A stretch of 58,196 nt of DNA, the filler included, from Platydemus manokwari (taxonomy: Eukaryota), in the NCBI GenBank assembly GCA_037951405.1. It is 5 parts of 5 records of this genome, joined end to end, with 100 filler letters (N's around TTAATTAATTAA, not from the genome) between each part and the next. Parts side by side here need not be neighbours in the genome. Positions count along the whole stretch, not along the records: positions 1 to 10,928 come from JBBMOY011048856.1; positions 11,029 to 23,375 come from JBBMOY010176674.1; 3 more parts are not named here. The stretch is one strand, 5' to 3'. The position numbers and the translations under genes are program-made. This document shows positions 1 through 14,069 of this stretch, piece after piece. The notes below the pieces were generated by a model. The model searched no databases, was not told the origin of the DNA, and saw only the letters and a list, made by a program, of their open reading frames with translations. Numbering within the stretch: the first letter of the stretch is position 1; each line of letters starts with the position of its first letter.

Positions 1-79
1 AACCTATCATAGTTTTGGCCCTCCAAATTTTAAAAAATCAGCAATGTGGCCCTTTACTGAAAAAGTTTGGAGACCCCCG
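1..79. mobile_element. Right end of a hAT (Charlie-like) non-autonomous element
   Basis: Ends in ...aaaagtttggagacccccg, close to the reverse complement of the CAGGGGTCTCCAAACT-type hAT TIR. It has the typical tgtggccc subterminal motif. The left end is outside the window. Confidence 0.5.
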
Positions 80-3000
80 AATTAGACGATTAAACTTGTT
101 CCGTCATCATTCTTTCGGTTAAGTATACTGTAAAAATCATTTAAATTCATTACATTTTAGAAGTGAATAATAAAAATAAACGACATATTTATTTCATATA
201 TTTATCTTTTAATATTTTTAGTATCGATTATGACACTGAGTACGAAGAGCTCACCAAATAAAAATAATTAATAAAATAAGATATTAAAAATAATTGATGA
301 AAAGAATTTAATTTGAAATGTTTTAAAGATAAAAATAAATAAGTAAAACTAAAAAGGAATAATAATTATTAAAATAATTATTATTCCTAAAAACAGATAT
401 TTAAGTAAAATAATATGAAAAATAAATAATAGCATTAATTATTTAAATAATTTGTTTATCTGAGTCAATTAGTTAAAAATAGTAAACAATTTCCGAAGTA
501 AGAAATTGTCACAAAATCGGAGATTTAGGCCAAAGTACCAACTTAGTGAAGGTTGTGAAAAATTGTACTTTGGCCTATCCTGGATATGATGAATCAGCGA
601 AAGTAATTCGACCGATTAATGGATACGAAAACACTAAATTAGTGAAATTGATGGGAAAGCAAAATACGAAAATAAAATTGGATGGTAAATCAGTAAATCA
701 ATTTGAAAACGAAGGCAATCTGATTAAGATTTGTCATTTTCGTTTAATCTAGTAATAAGACTAGAGTAGCCATTACGACGAAACTAATAAGAAAATAATA
801 GTCTTCAGAAAATCGATTGTACATTATCCAAAACATGTTTCATTGATCAGTTTATATAATTTAGCTTTTAACTAAAATTGTGATATTTATGGAAAGTTTG
901 CCCGAATATCGATATTGTATTAAAGTAAAGTAGTATAAATACGCGAGAATAGTTATTCCGAATATCAGCAAAGTAGCAAATTGACAGGCGTGAAGCGTAC
1001 GTAATAGTATTTACGAACGGTGGCAATATTGTATTGTAGTAGTACTTGCGATAATAGTAGTAAGGCCGGGAGTAAACCCTCGACCTGTAATCCAAATATT
1101 GTATGCGCACACGATTCGCTTTAAGGATTTGGCCCTTGTGTAATTTGCACAAAAGGTTGTACATTATAATAAAAATAAAAGTTAGTGATCAACTTGTCTT
1201 TGGGAGTCAGATTTAGTTGGATTAGAATACTTGTGTTACTTGGCTCTGTACAAGGTTTACCAACAATTATATCAATCTGTACAATGTATAATCCGACATA
1301 TAGGATTATCTCGAATAAAGCCCGTATGGTGAGCCATCAAATAAAAAATCTCATTGATTGTTAATTCCATTGTTAAATACGATTGAAATAAAAGAAAACT
1401 TTAGAAAAACAACATAATATAAGATTATATAACAAGATTATATAAGACCGAGAAGATAAAACTTCAACAAGATTTCGATAAAATATACAAAATTATTCAG
1501 TTATCCTTGTTAGAATTTGATCCCTGCTTTATTAAAAAGAGAAGCATTTTTGACCTGTGCATAATAGCCAATTCAGAACGTTCCTTTAATCTTTTTAAAA
1601 TAATTTGAATAATAGAGTCGAATATTTCATAATGTTGAGTACATTTAAATAATATAGACAAACAAAACCATTCGAACAAAACATAATCGATTTTTATAAA
1701 TTTTCCAGCTTTTGATAACATAAATGTGTAACAATCTATTGTGATGATAATTATAAATCACTTTTTTAAATTACATTCTGGGATATTTTAAAGTTTAAAA
1801 ATATGCATCATTCAAGACATCCTTTCATATAATTTTTATGAATTTAATAGTAATAAATATTTATTAACCTAATAGGAGTCTTATAGACTCATAGGTTTCA
1901 GAAGTGATTTTCAATGATAGTTGGTGTTTGTTGCCATCAAATGATCAATAAATCAAGAGGTTTAACATTTTTGATTCGGTAATTTTTGAATTTTTTGTTG
2001 TGTATTCTTCTTTCACCCAGAAAACATTTCTCAAGTCCACAATATACAATTATTATTTCTCCATTTATTAGTTTTTTCTATTTCCATCGTTCGAGGTTTC
2101 ATGGTTTCTATATTTCTGATTTCCATTTTACCAGTTGTTATTTTTTGTGCGTTATTCGAAATGTGATAAAAATTGGCAGCTAGTACCGATTTGAAAATTG
2201 AAAAAATAGATAACATTAGGTTAATGGCAGCCTAAAAAACAGAAAAGATAATCAACTTACCAGACATATGTTTGAAATGAAGTCAATATATTTGAAAAAT
2301 CGATAACTGGGCTGACAATAACAAGCAGGCACAAATAACGAAGACAGTATCTGGTTTTAAATGTATACCTTTTAATTTTGATAAATAAACTTTAAAATAT
2401 CTAACATGGCTAAATATTCATATTCTATTAAACATTGTAATCCTCAAAGAATTCATAGTATCAATTAAATTGATCTCTAGTAAAAATCAGTGGAGTTTAT
2501 TTTTAAAATATTTTTAGATATTAATAATTTAAACCATAAAATATGTCGAATAGTAGCATTTTGACTGCTTATTTCAATGGTTTTCTAGGATTTCATCAAT
2601 AAGTAGCTATTCAATTATGATAGTGTATTCTTTGCCACATTGCTACTGGAGTCATTTGGTCATTTTGTAAATCATGTTATGAATTGTTATGTTCGACATT
2701 CATTTTATGGAAACGTTGGTGTGATAAAATTGATATTAAAAATCGACTATGATAGAATTACCTATGCAGTCTGAGTTTTAATGGATTAAACGTTTTGATG
2801 TATGTAATCAAATGAAGACAAGATAGGGAAAATATGGTTTATTTATTATGTATTACCTGATATGTAAGATGTGAACCTAAATAATCTTCACAGTTGTTTT
2901 AATTGTTTTCTAAACATGGTATCGATTTAATTAAAAAATTGAAAAATTCTGTGACTGTAAATATGAAATATAAACAAAAATTTACTTTTTAATTCAAAAA

Positions 3001-3136
3001 GGTTTTGACTGTAAAAGGTGAATAAAAAATTTCTTCAACTTTCATACAAAACGTTTTGGATTGAAGCCTAGATATTTAATAATGAAGAGTTGGAACAATT
3101 AGTGTCGACTTCATAAAATTTATAAATAACATATAT

Positions 3137-3573
3137 TGTGAGGATTGCAAAATTTAAATATCGATTTGTTTCACTAAATGTAGTTAAATGTGTTATTTTG
3201 TGCCGTGTCTTTTAAGTTAGTTTTCTGTATGTGCTTTATAAAATAGTAGCTGTTTACAGGATGATCACGCATTTGGATTCGAGTCTGAGATGATTCAGTG
3301 GAATGAAACTATAGAAGAGAAGAAGTTATGAAGAAACTATACAGAAAGTATAAAGAAAAGTTTAAGAATATGTAAAGACATAAGGAAATTTGATCCAGAG
3401 ATTATTAGGAATACATAGAAAATCAAAGATTTTTGAAAAGGAGGATGCGAAAATTTTAAAATTAATATTTAAAAGAATTTATAAATTAATATCAAAAGGA
3501 GTCGTGACTTTTCAGTTATTTTTCTATTATATATGTGCTTTAATATATGTGCTTTATAAAGTAGCTGCTTACA
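3137..3573. repeat. Tandemly arranged LTR-like dispersed repeat (same family as 55420-55775 and 57080-57202)
   Basis: gtg(t/a)ctttt..gtta...tgtgctttataa..gtagctg(t/c)ttacag occurs at about 3205-3259 and 3504-3574. The tgatcacg(c/t)atttgga motif followed by a purine-rich tract recurs at about 55580. Confidence 0.45.
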
Positions 3574-6070
3574 GACGTAAAGGTAAATTCTGGCAATTTT
3601 TACAGATGATAGTTATTTCGTTGGAATTTTCGTTTATATTTTTTTTAAAAACATACTACGAATTTACCAGTAGATGATATCAAGTGATTTTCCATCTACT
3701 GACACACTTTGTACTCATCAAAATTGAATGGAACTTCAAATACACTATTTCATCATGCAATCACTGGTGGATTCGAACCTGTATCCATCTCATTGAGCTT
3801 CATTATTATCTGGTTGGATGTATGAACCTTCCAGCATATCATCTTGACTCCATATAAAATTATATCACACAATATATAATTAAATGTCAAGGCATAAATG
3901 ATTGAACCAATATTTAAACATAAATGCTAACCTCCATTCTAGAAGTTAAAGTTTATTAGTCCACATTATGTGTATGAAATTATTAATTATATTTGGGAAT
4001 TGAGAACATGTTTTAATTTTATGTGAAGGGCTCCAATATTTTGTCATGCTGCAATCACCCATTATCGATTTATTTTCTTCAATTAAAGAAAAATTAAATT
4101 ATCACATTATTATTTCAAGCAATCGACACATCATTATTGATATTAATATTTAAGAATTATATAATAAAATTCATTGTTGGCTATTGATCACCGGAAAATG
4201 ATTATTGTGTTAAGTCTTTTTCAATAAAATTATTCGGATAGATTTCAAAATGCACGAATGTCAAGACATGAATTTTTCTGCTTGAATTACTCCCACAATT
4301 TACTTGCTACTGTCAGTTATTTCTTGCCAAAATTTTTAAAATAAATACAAATTCAAAATGCCATTGAATACGTCAAGTAACTCCTAGTGAAAATTTTGGT
4401 TTCTATGAGTTACCTCACTCTGATTTTATACCTATATAAAGTTGTATTTAAAAATTCTAATTGAAGTGGTTATTCCATTGTTGATAATAATTCGTATGAA
4501 AACGAAACGTCTAGAATCAAAATTTCCAGTTTTAGATATATTATTGAATATTCCAAGCTTAGATGGATTTGTATCCAGAGCTACCGTATTTAACTCCAAA
4601 TCGGTTTTCAATTCTGTTAGATTTGTGTGCGAATTATTAAATTATTTGCATATTAAAGCTATTGTAGGAGAATGTTCTAATCACAATTTCTTTCTGATTT
4701 CATTACATAAGTCATTCTTTTTTTCATCTTGAATGATTCGATGATGGTATTTCAAATCTAGGAAAGAATGTCGAAGATGGTTTTAAAAACAATTAAGGAA
4801 ATTCTATATGTTCAACACATTTCAACCAAAGATTAAAATCGATAAACACAACTGTTTAAAAATTCCAAGTGAAAATTAATTATTGCTATTAAGTATATAA
4901 TATATGGAAACATTTACCGGATTAACTGTTTATGATATGGGTCTGTTTTAGATTATAAGCTTTTCAATTATTATTTCTAAATTTGTTTAAAGTTTTTCTT
5001 AACATAAAAAACTTATGGATTTCATAATTTTTTGGGCTCCAACAAATGACATATTGAGTCTAGTCAATGGGATTTGATATGAAAATTCTAAACGCATAGA
5101 ATTTTATTCCAAAATTTTCACTGAATGACTTCTGCTAGAAAACTATTCAATTCCAAAGCAGAAAACAATAAAACCATATTTTAATTAATTGTGGAATCTA
5201 TTAGCGGTGTCATGGTCAAATTTCATTCACAATCTATTATAGTAAAACAATTTTTCTCTTCCCTCGTTGTGAGAAAATAATAATATGTCAGCAATTAAAA
5301 GTTCCATGTTTAATTGATTCTATTTCTGTCGATTTAATGTTGACGAAATCGTCTAATGATATTTCCAACATGTTTTACTTATTCTGGATATCTTATACAG
5401 AAATTAAAAATATTTATGATTGCCTTCTTTTAATAAAACAAAAAATCAATAGAAATTTATTCAATATTGGTTACAATTTCTTCGGTCTGTTCTTCTTTTT
5501 ATGAAATGATTTCGAGATGAATATTTGAAACAGTGCCGTCACAATCTGCGGGAAATTACCAATAATATTAAATCCCACGCTAACCATTGTTGCGATTGGA
5601 TATATTACGATTGATAAAATGGTAGTCACATATGACGGTGAAACGAAATTAAAGGAAATATTGGAAGGCGGCCCGTCTGACAATGTCGAAATTAATCCAC
5701 TTGTGAACATATGACGTCCAACGACGCAATGTTTTGAGAATAGCAATAGATATACATAGCAATATACATTCAATTATTTCATATTCCCAATCCAGTTCTA
5801 GTTTCAGAATTAATTTTAATATTTACATTATTAGTTGGGGTCGAATTGACTATCATCAAGTGTAGAATAAAATCCCAACATAGTCAATCCCAACAAGAAG
5901 TTCATCGATAAACCAGTTTTTAATTCTTTGTATTTATATGTATTGAACAGAATTTTAAATTTATTCTTCTATAATTCGAATATATGCACAATTCCATAAA
6001 TAAAACCATTGTTTGTCTTATATTGTAAAGATCCATCAAACCAATCATCTAATATTAATAATTTAGTGAA

Positions 6071-8668
6071 ATGAAAACCTGTGCTTCCTCACCTCTAAAA
6101 AGTGTATTGGATAAATCCAGATCATATGGGTCAATTCATCCTTCACAAAATCTGTATGAGCCACATCAAACACTTCTCGACATATCACTATTTTCCAATG
6201 TCGCAAAAAAATTACGATTCCGACGCGATCTAAACGATTATCAACGATTCTACTCCAAACTGAGTTTGATAATTGGTTTTTTCGGTTTGGCAGTGGCCAT
6301 ATTTGATAATCAGCTCTCATTGAATTTAAGTCCACCAATCACAATTCAAAAACATTATTTGATTTCATTCGTTAATAAATTCTCGATCACCTTGACAACA
6401 GTTATATTGAATATTCTCATCGTGTTGTATCATAATATCGATCTACAGATTGAAATGGAACGATACAATATCAGAGATTGGAAATTGGTATTGAATTTTC
6501 GGCGAATATTGAAATTCGTCTCCGAAATTATCATTTGCTCTTTCCAACCATTTCCGGTTTCCTATCAACCAAACTTGGCTTTCTATTCGATTATCAGTAA
6601 TAAGGATCAATCGGCATATGATGGAGTTATGACAATTTTAATGTTTCTGAGGTTTTATCTTCTAGCACGAGTTCTCATTCTCAGGAGTAGTTTGCATCAG
6701 GATATTTCGGCTCGAAGTTTTGGGGCCATTAGTCACACATCTGTCAATACAAAATTCATTTTCAAGTCTTGGATGAATCTTTATTCGATATACATACTGA
6801 TTGCTTTGGTTATTTTCATAATCATTTGGGGAAGTTGGGCTACGACGGTTTGTGAGATCACATTCAGTTTTGGAGATAGCATGTGGTTAACATCAATAAC
6901 GTTTCTTAGCATCGGATATGGTGACATTATTCCAAAAACGAATTGCGGAAAAGCCGTTGCGATTTTGATTGGTGAGATTTATTTAAATAAGTTATCTCCG
7001 AAAAATTGAAATGGCTTCCAATCTAACATTACGATTTAATATTTTTATTATATTGATTATCGGATATCAATAATTTATTATTTGTTGACTAAAATAATAA
7101 ATTTTTGTTGAAAAAGAACATGGCTATTTTTAGAAGTTTCTACTTGAAGTAAATGTAAGCAGTTGATAACAGAACGCATTGGTTAATCGGAATAATGCTA
7201 TTAGTTTATAATCAACATAATATTTTTACTTTTTTTTGTTTCATGGTCTACCTTATGAATATTGTCTACTTTTCCAATAAATCTTTAACACGTTGAACTC
7301 CTTATCCCCATATGGTGTCTCATATGATTCATATTTAATTTCCTAACCACGTCATGTGCATTATTAGCATTTTAAAGATCATGACTTTATTTAAATCATA
7401 TAAAAGTAAGAAATACAAAGGTTCTTCCACTTATACAATATCTTAATGCAATTTCTTTAATAATTACGACAGGATGGATCTTTTTTCTTTTGTCTACTGA
7501 TTAGTTTATTGATCAGTACATTTTAGATAAATCATAGCATGGTTATTTATTGATTTATTTAAAACTTGAATTTTCTTAAATTAGATCGTTTTCTTACACA
7601 AGCTATAATAGGTGATTTTAATAAGATTTTTTCTTTGATAAAAAAAACTAAATATTGTAGATCACGTGTATTGGTGTAATAACTATTCAAAATGTGGGTT
7701 TTTTATATCGCTTTTGCTGGTCTTGTAGTGAGAACTTGGCTAAAGAACACATAAAACGAATTGGATAACAGTGAAAGGGTATTAAAGTTAGGGCTAACTT
7801 AGCCAATGAATTGTGTCCATAAATATTTTTATTTAAGGGAGTTATTTATTCATGCTGTCAAACATTAGCGCTGGGATTTATATTTTTATAATCAAACATT
7901 GGGTTTGGATTGCACTTTGTCGGAAATTTTAAAATACAATGATAGGAAGTTAGAAAATGTGGTTTTAGATACAACTTAGATAATGCAATTTAGCCAATCA
8001 AAAATATTTAAACATCAATCCTAAATTAATACTGTGAGAGATAAGTTGATATGAAATCAAAATGCTTTTAGAACAAGTACATGCCCAAATGGTAAGCTAC
8101 CAATATAATAAGCTACCTATATAATATTTTAAAATGGGTGTGTTTTCGAATCTACCAAAGACTTAATTATAGAATAAGAGATTTGACTAGTAGTAAAAAT
8201 TCTCATAGCTTATAACATATCATGAGAATTAACTTCTTTTATTCATATTTAGGTGCTCTAGGAGCTGGATGTACAGCACTAATCGTTGCGATTGTATCTA
8301 GTAAACTAGAATTGACTCAAATCGAAAAATATTTACATAACTTTGATCAAGTTGCTCAACTAAATAGCCATCTGAAACATGTTTCTGCCAATATTCTTAA
8401 ATATGCATGGCGATTGCACAAGACACAAAGCGGTCCTTCAGAAAAACAACAATCAATGATATTTAATAAACGACAGTTGTTGTATTATATTCGTCAAGTT
8501 CGCGACATTCGTACACAACGTCGCCAGTTGTCAGATAGTAGTATCAGCATCTTGGAGGTGAGTCGGGCCCAATTTCAATCTCGTGTGATTCTATGTGGTC
8601 TGAATGATGAAATAAATCAACTCGAAACTAAACTGAAGGGAATTTGGAATAAACTGATTTCGAAATGA
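6071..8668 (+). CDS. KCNN: Small-conductance Ca2+-activated K+ channel (SK/KCNN family), 2 exons: 6071-6971 and 8253-8668, about 438 aa
   Basis: S4-like FLRFYLLARVLILRS and pore WLTSITFLSIGYGDIIP. The GTGAGA...TTTAG splice gives CGKAVAILIG|ALGAGCTALIVAIVSSKLELTQIEKYLHNF, matching the SK S6 and calmodulin-binding domain. A C-terminal coiled coil follows. Confidence 0.93.
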
Positions 8669-10181
8669 CAAATTTAGGTTATTGCTGTAATTAGTTTAAA
8701 AAAGAACAGAGAAATTCAGAATTATTTTCTTAAATACAACTCTCGGTACAAAACGCCAATTTTGGCTTTATTTTTATTTTCTTATTAATGACGCAGGAAG
8801 CATAATAATGGTGAAAAATTCTAATTAAATTCCTTGAATGTCATAGTTAGACTATTATTAAATCAAAAAATATATCTATTATCGTAGATTGACATGTATT
8901 ACTACTGCTATATATCAAAAGATTTGGTTCTGTAGTGCACTGTATGGAGCCATTTATTAACCTTTCATTATTGTCGGCTTAAAATTTTCCAAATAATCCT
9001 TTCTTTTTGGAAAAATTGAAAACATACTCTAGAGGATTATTTTGTTTTTCAATGAATTTCGTTACCTTTACTAACTATCTAAAATAAGGGGAAACACTTA
9101 TGTTTATGACAGTTAATCGTAATATCCATAGGTAACATTACGGGTAACACGACCAGTTAGAGTTCTGTACTGAATTTTAATTGATATGAACTAACATGAG
9201 TGTAGTTTCAACTCTATCTGTTTCATTTTTATCAATAAATATATCGATGGATAGAGAGGAAACTTGTAGTGATATATCGAGTCTCGATTTTTCGTTGATG
9301 ATTCATTTTCAGCATATTGAAAGATTTTGATTTTTAATCGTATTTTATTTTTATTTTATTACTGTGTTTAAAAATCTTATCCTTTAGTTCCAACCGAAAT
9401 AAAAATCCTCCAAGGGAATTATGAAAATTTAATTCATGCATTAATTTATTAAAAGCTAGAAACATTATAACGAATCATTAAATAGCATAGCACTAGGATA
9501 TTCTCATTTTAAAGAAGTCAGCTTAATTGATTTAAAAGAAGGTGTCTGCATGTTGTCAGATTTTATAAAATAAAAACCACCAGGAATTTATTTCAAGTTT
9601 TTTTCTGGCATTGAATTCATCGAATAAGTCGTCATGGCCGTCTAATAACCACTTAAATACTCTTGTAATTTTTGGAGATTTTAAGTGAATACTATCTTCG
9701 ATTATTATATTTTTCTGAAATTGATCACACTAAATTTGTATAACAAGTTTGGTCGAAAATGTTAAGAGTCACTCTAACCTAGTTAACTACAAGGAAAAAA
9801 GAAGAGAAAAAAATTAGCAAAGAAAAAAAGCAAAAGAAATATAAACACATGACAATAATCAATAGATATGATAACTAGTTAAAAATAATCCGAAAAATAT
9901 AATTTTTCACTTTTTAAATACCGTTTTCAAGCATATTTCTTTACTAAGATTACCAAGGTCGAATATTAAAACAAATTTTTTTCAGAGGATTGTGAAATAA
10001 AATAAATGAACTTTGCTAAATTATGAAAAAGACATTGTTTACACAAATTGGAAATATTAACTATAAGAAGAACTCATCGAAATCTGCACACTACAAGTGC
10101 ACTCAAGAAAGTTCCATTAAAAAATGATCAATTAGAAAATTAGCATCACAGTCACATTTCTCCATTTTAAACTAGATAGAA

Positions 10182-10291
10182 TCAATCCCAAAGCTCTTGA
10201 ACAACTGGGTGTACTCCTTTTGGGAGTTCATCAACCATTAGCTTTTTCGGAAGTTGTAACCAAGCTCTGTCGTTTAAGTAAATACAAGTAA
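10182..10291 (-). CDS. Candidate terminal exon of an unidentified gene
   Basis: Acceptor ttttacag at 10292, then an open frame TCIYLNDRAWLQLPKKLMVDELPKGVHPVVQELWD* with raised GC. Upstream exons were not identified and may lie beyond the linker at 10929. Confidence 0.4.
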
Positions 10292-10928
10292 CTGTAAAAT
10301 CGAAATTTGTTATTAAGTGTGTGATTGTATTTTGGCGTCATATTAATAAACGAATATTTAAAACAGAACGTTGTTCTCACATTGAAACTGACAAGTTCCA
10401 TAATGTTCTATCTCATTTTCAATAAAAATTATTACCTTCAGTATCATTTCATTATCTTTTGGTAAGGTCCTATCGAGGTAGTTGGAAATTAAAAGTTTAG
10501 TGGATAGTTATAGAATCAAGAATGCAGTGCCTATAGCCACTCATCGATTCTCCAAATGTATATTAGTGTTGACCAAGACGAAAGAACATTATCATTTTAA
10601 GTTCGTGATTACCTGTGGGTCAATAGAACTCAAGAGTACTGAAAAGACTCAGATATTGGCGAAAAGGTGTCTAAAATAGTAGTAATTAGTAAAAAAAAAT
10701 TAAACAAAGACCTACAAAAATCAACATATATATGTATAATATTTTGACATGGTGAACACCTATTAATTAACTAAGTCTTCTCCCTGAAATCTTTTTATTA
10801 GGTTGTAAATAAAGTTCGCGGACAAAATTGTAAATAAAAATTTGCCATCACGTTTTGCTATCGCTTTATTCAATGGATTAATTATTTTATTATTATATAA
10901 TCTCTTTTGGATTACTAATATTTTTGTT

Positions 10929-11028
10929 NNNNNNNNNNNNNNNNNNNNNNNNNNNNNNNNNNNNNNNNNNNNTTAATTAATTAANNNNNNNNNNNNNNNN
11001 NNNNNNNNNNNNNNNNNNNNNNNNNNNN
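10929..11028. other. Artificial contig linker (N44-TTAATTAATTAA-N44)
   Basis: Exactly 100 bp with a core that has stops in all six frames; the identical structure occurs four times in the window. Confidence 0.95.
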
Positions 11029-11809
11029 ATTTGGAACACACTTATGAACTACAAACTAGAAAAGTAAATTTAATTAAATTATTGAAAAACAATTAAATTG
11101 ATCATTTATATATTTTTAAAATCAATATATTTTCTATTTAAAATGCTCGTTGAAATATGAATTGATTTCATAATCCTTACAATTTTATTTTTCAAATACA
11201 GATGCATTCAAATCCAAATAAGTGTTTTGGGTTTTCGAAGCATTTCTAGTGGCTCAAGTGAATAATCAAATAGATCTCGTCGATCCAACAAATTAATTGA
11301 TAAATACAGGTTGAACGATAATAACCGAGTATTATTATTGTTTAGTATCAACAATTAATCTGAGCATTTTAATTATAAATTTACGAGATGCACAAGGAGA
11401 TCCATTTAAAAGAATCACTTGAAATATCATCGATCGTGAGAGAGAGTTTATTTGTTTGAAATATTTTTTCTTCTCCAAGTTATCAGTTCTTTATCAAAGT
11501 TTCAACAATGATGTTACTAAACCAGTGCTCCGATGTATTTATAGTTCTTCATATTTCCTTTCTTAAGCTATTTTATTGGTTTGAAACTGAAAAATTACTT
11601 ACCATAAACAAAACGTTTTCAGACGAAGAAAAATAATAAATATTTTAATGCTATAATTCGATTTGAATCAAGTGGATTTTTGCAATCGCTAAAATAAAAA
11701 GAGAAAAATGTAATTTATCCTCGTATTTATATATATGGACTACCTGAATTGGGGTTATGCCAACTCTACTATATAATCAATATTGGTGCGATTACAGTTA
11801 TTTACTATA

Positions 11810-12348
11810 CCGTGCGATTCATAAGTCTCTGTCTCTAAAACTAAAATAAACCAACAAAACACAATATAATTTATATTCACATATTTATAGTCATTGATAT
11901 TAATTATTATTCACTGATTAATGTGCTTTATTTCTTATTTCTTATTAATCTGTCGGATTATTACAATATGGCGGAATCAGCTGGTGATGTCAAATTTTCA
12001 CTTGCGGATAGAGTGTGCCAGTGTAGTGCCAAAGTTTGCCAAGAATTTCAAAAACATTTCAATCGTGCACCACCAGCTAGGACAACAGTGCAATACAGTT
12101 AACAGAAATTTGAAGATACTGGAAACTTATCCACTCGGTTCCGATCAGGAAGACACTCTGATATAATCATGAAGGAAAAGTGGTATATTTTGTAAACGAA
12201 AATGATGGCACAAGTCCACAAGAAACTGCACGGGTGATTATGACTTCAAAAACTCCTGTTCGCAGATATCTCAAAGAATAAAAAATAAAACCTTCAAATA
12301 TTCCTTTTTCATTATAGTTTTAGAGACAGCGACTTATGAATCGCACCG
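11810..12348 (+). mobile_element. Internally deleted Tc1/mariner element (rosa/maT-like transposase N-terminus)
   Basis: About 34-bp TIRs (ccgtgcgattcataagtctctgtctctaaaacta / tagttttagagacagcgacttatgaatcgcaccg) with TA on both sides. Degenerate HTH region QEFQKHFNRAPPARTTVQYS*QKFEDTGNLSTRFRSGR...TSPQETARVIMTSKTPVRRYLKE. No catalytic domain. Confidence 0.88.
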
Positions 12349-13213
12349 TATATATATAGGTAAGGTTACTTTAATAAATCATTTACTAATTAATTGAACC
12401 CGGATGGTGGAATCAAAACCCTTTTTCTCATTCGATGACGAAACCACGACGTGATTCAATTTAAAAATGTTGATTGCCTGGTTTATTTAAACAAATTTCG
12501 TAAATTATTCATATTTTGTTTAATCTTCTTTGCACGTACATTTGATTTATTAATTAATTTTTATTTATAATAAGGAATTTTAATTTTCAGTACTTTTGCA
12601 TCGCTAATTTTTCTACTAATTTCATTGAATTATTTTGAAACTTTATTTATAAATTAATGCCAAGATTTAATTACCCAAGATTTCTCATCAACCAGGATAT
12701 AATTGAATTTATGACCACTTTTTTCCGAAAATTTTTTCTCAATTGCTAATCATGATGAAATGTTAATTTTAACTCAGTCAGAAACCCAAAAATAGCTTTT
12801 TAATATAAAAATATATATATATTCTACGAAAATATTTATCGACTGATTCTTGAAATGATTCTCAAACTGAATTTATTAACTACGAGTTCGTTATTGATCG
12901 CTTGTATTATTCTTAAAATGAGTCAAATATCGATCTATTTTGTTAACTAGAAAATATTCAGAAAACAAATTTTTCTACTTATTTAGAGATGACAAATGAA
13001 AATTTTATCAAACTGAAATTTGAGAAAATTTTAATATTTTTGTTTAAATGCTGTAAATTGATAAAATGAAGTATTTTTCTTATTTATTTAAAATTGTTCT
13101 TCTGGCATCGTTCGTCTTATGATATCGAATTCATTTTGTAAAAGTACAAGACGTATAAATTAACTCATACAAGTATATTAGTTACAGAATTGAGAAAATG
13201 TCTCATTATTATC

Positions 13214-13361
13214 NNNNNNNNNNNNNNNNNNNNNNNNNNNNNNNNNNNNNNNNNNNNNNNNNNNNNNNNNNNNNNNNNNNNNNNNNNNNNNNNNNNNNNN
13301 NNNNNNNNNNNNNNNNNNNNNNNNNNNNNNNNNNNNNNNNNNNNNNNNNNNNNNNNNNNNN
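13214..13361. other. Scaffold gap (148 N, no linker core)
   Basis: Plain N run. Confidence 0.95.
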
Positions 13362-14069
13362 GAGCTTTTCCGAAATTTGTGTAAAAAAAAGAATTATTAT
13401 GACATAAGGTTTGTTAATAATTTAATATTTGTGATGGGTAGTGGTTACAATGACTTTAGATAAGTTTTTTAGAGGAACTCAAGATTACATAAAACATTGT
13501 GGAAACTAATGAGTTGTTACGATTTTAAATCGCAAATTAATTTTCGTTGTTTATAATATTATTGTTACCTATATTCAAAAGATGCATTCATATCTTAGAG
13601 ATTATAGATCAATAAAATAAATAAAAATATTCTAATAAAGTATAATTGTAAGACAAACCCTAATAGTTAATGATAACAATAAGTTAATAAATAATCATCA
13701 GAAGCTTAGGTACAATAATTATTTGCACTGTTATTGCTTTATCTGTGAGATTATTTTCTCTTATGATGAAGATCCCAGATACTAATAGCATTAATGATAG
13801 TTAGGACTTCATAGTGCAGTACTTGCAACAGACAAGGAAATGGACTGAATTTCGTAATCATAGATATTAATTATATCATCTAGAATTTGTTCAGATTCGT
13901 TTAAACAATATTCTTGACATACAAACTTTACGAGGTAATCCTTTGAAATTTAGTCAGGAAACTGCTACGCATAAAAATTTGTAATCGAAATTAATAAATT
14001 AATAATAAAGGTGCATAAAATAGAATTTAATTAATGTTAACTAAATCTCTTGACAGGTTTCGATTAATT

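Noticed and set aside
1327-1335. TGGTGAGCC as a second PBS after a possible LTR
   Set aside because: Only 9 nt match, there is no preceding CA and no retroelement coding sequence follows.
5471-5773. 100-aa minus-strand ORF with a hydrophobic stretch
   Set aside because: Non-ATG start, no convincing splice sites and no recognisable family in any frame.
10973-10984. Recurrent TTAATTAATTAA palindrome as a biological motif or CRISPR-like repeat
   Set aside because: It is always centred in N runs, so it is an assembly linker.
13190-13407. ORFs spanning the N gap
   Set aside because: Artefacts of translating N.
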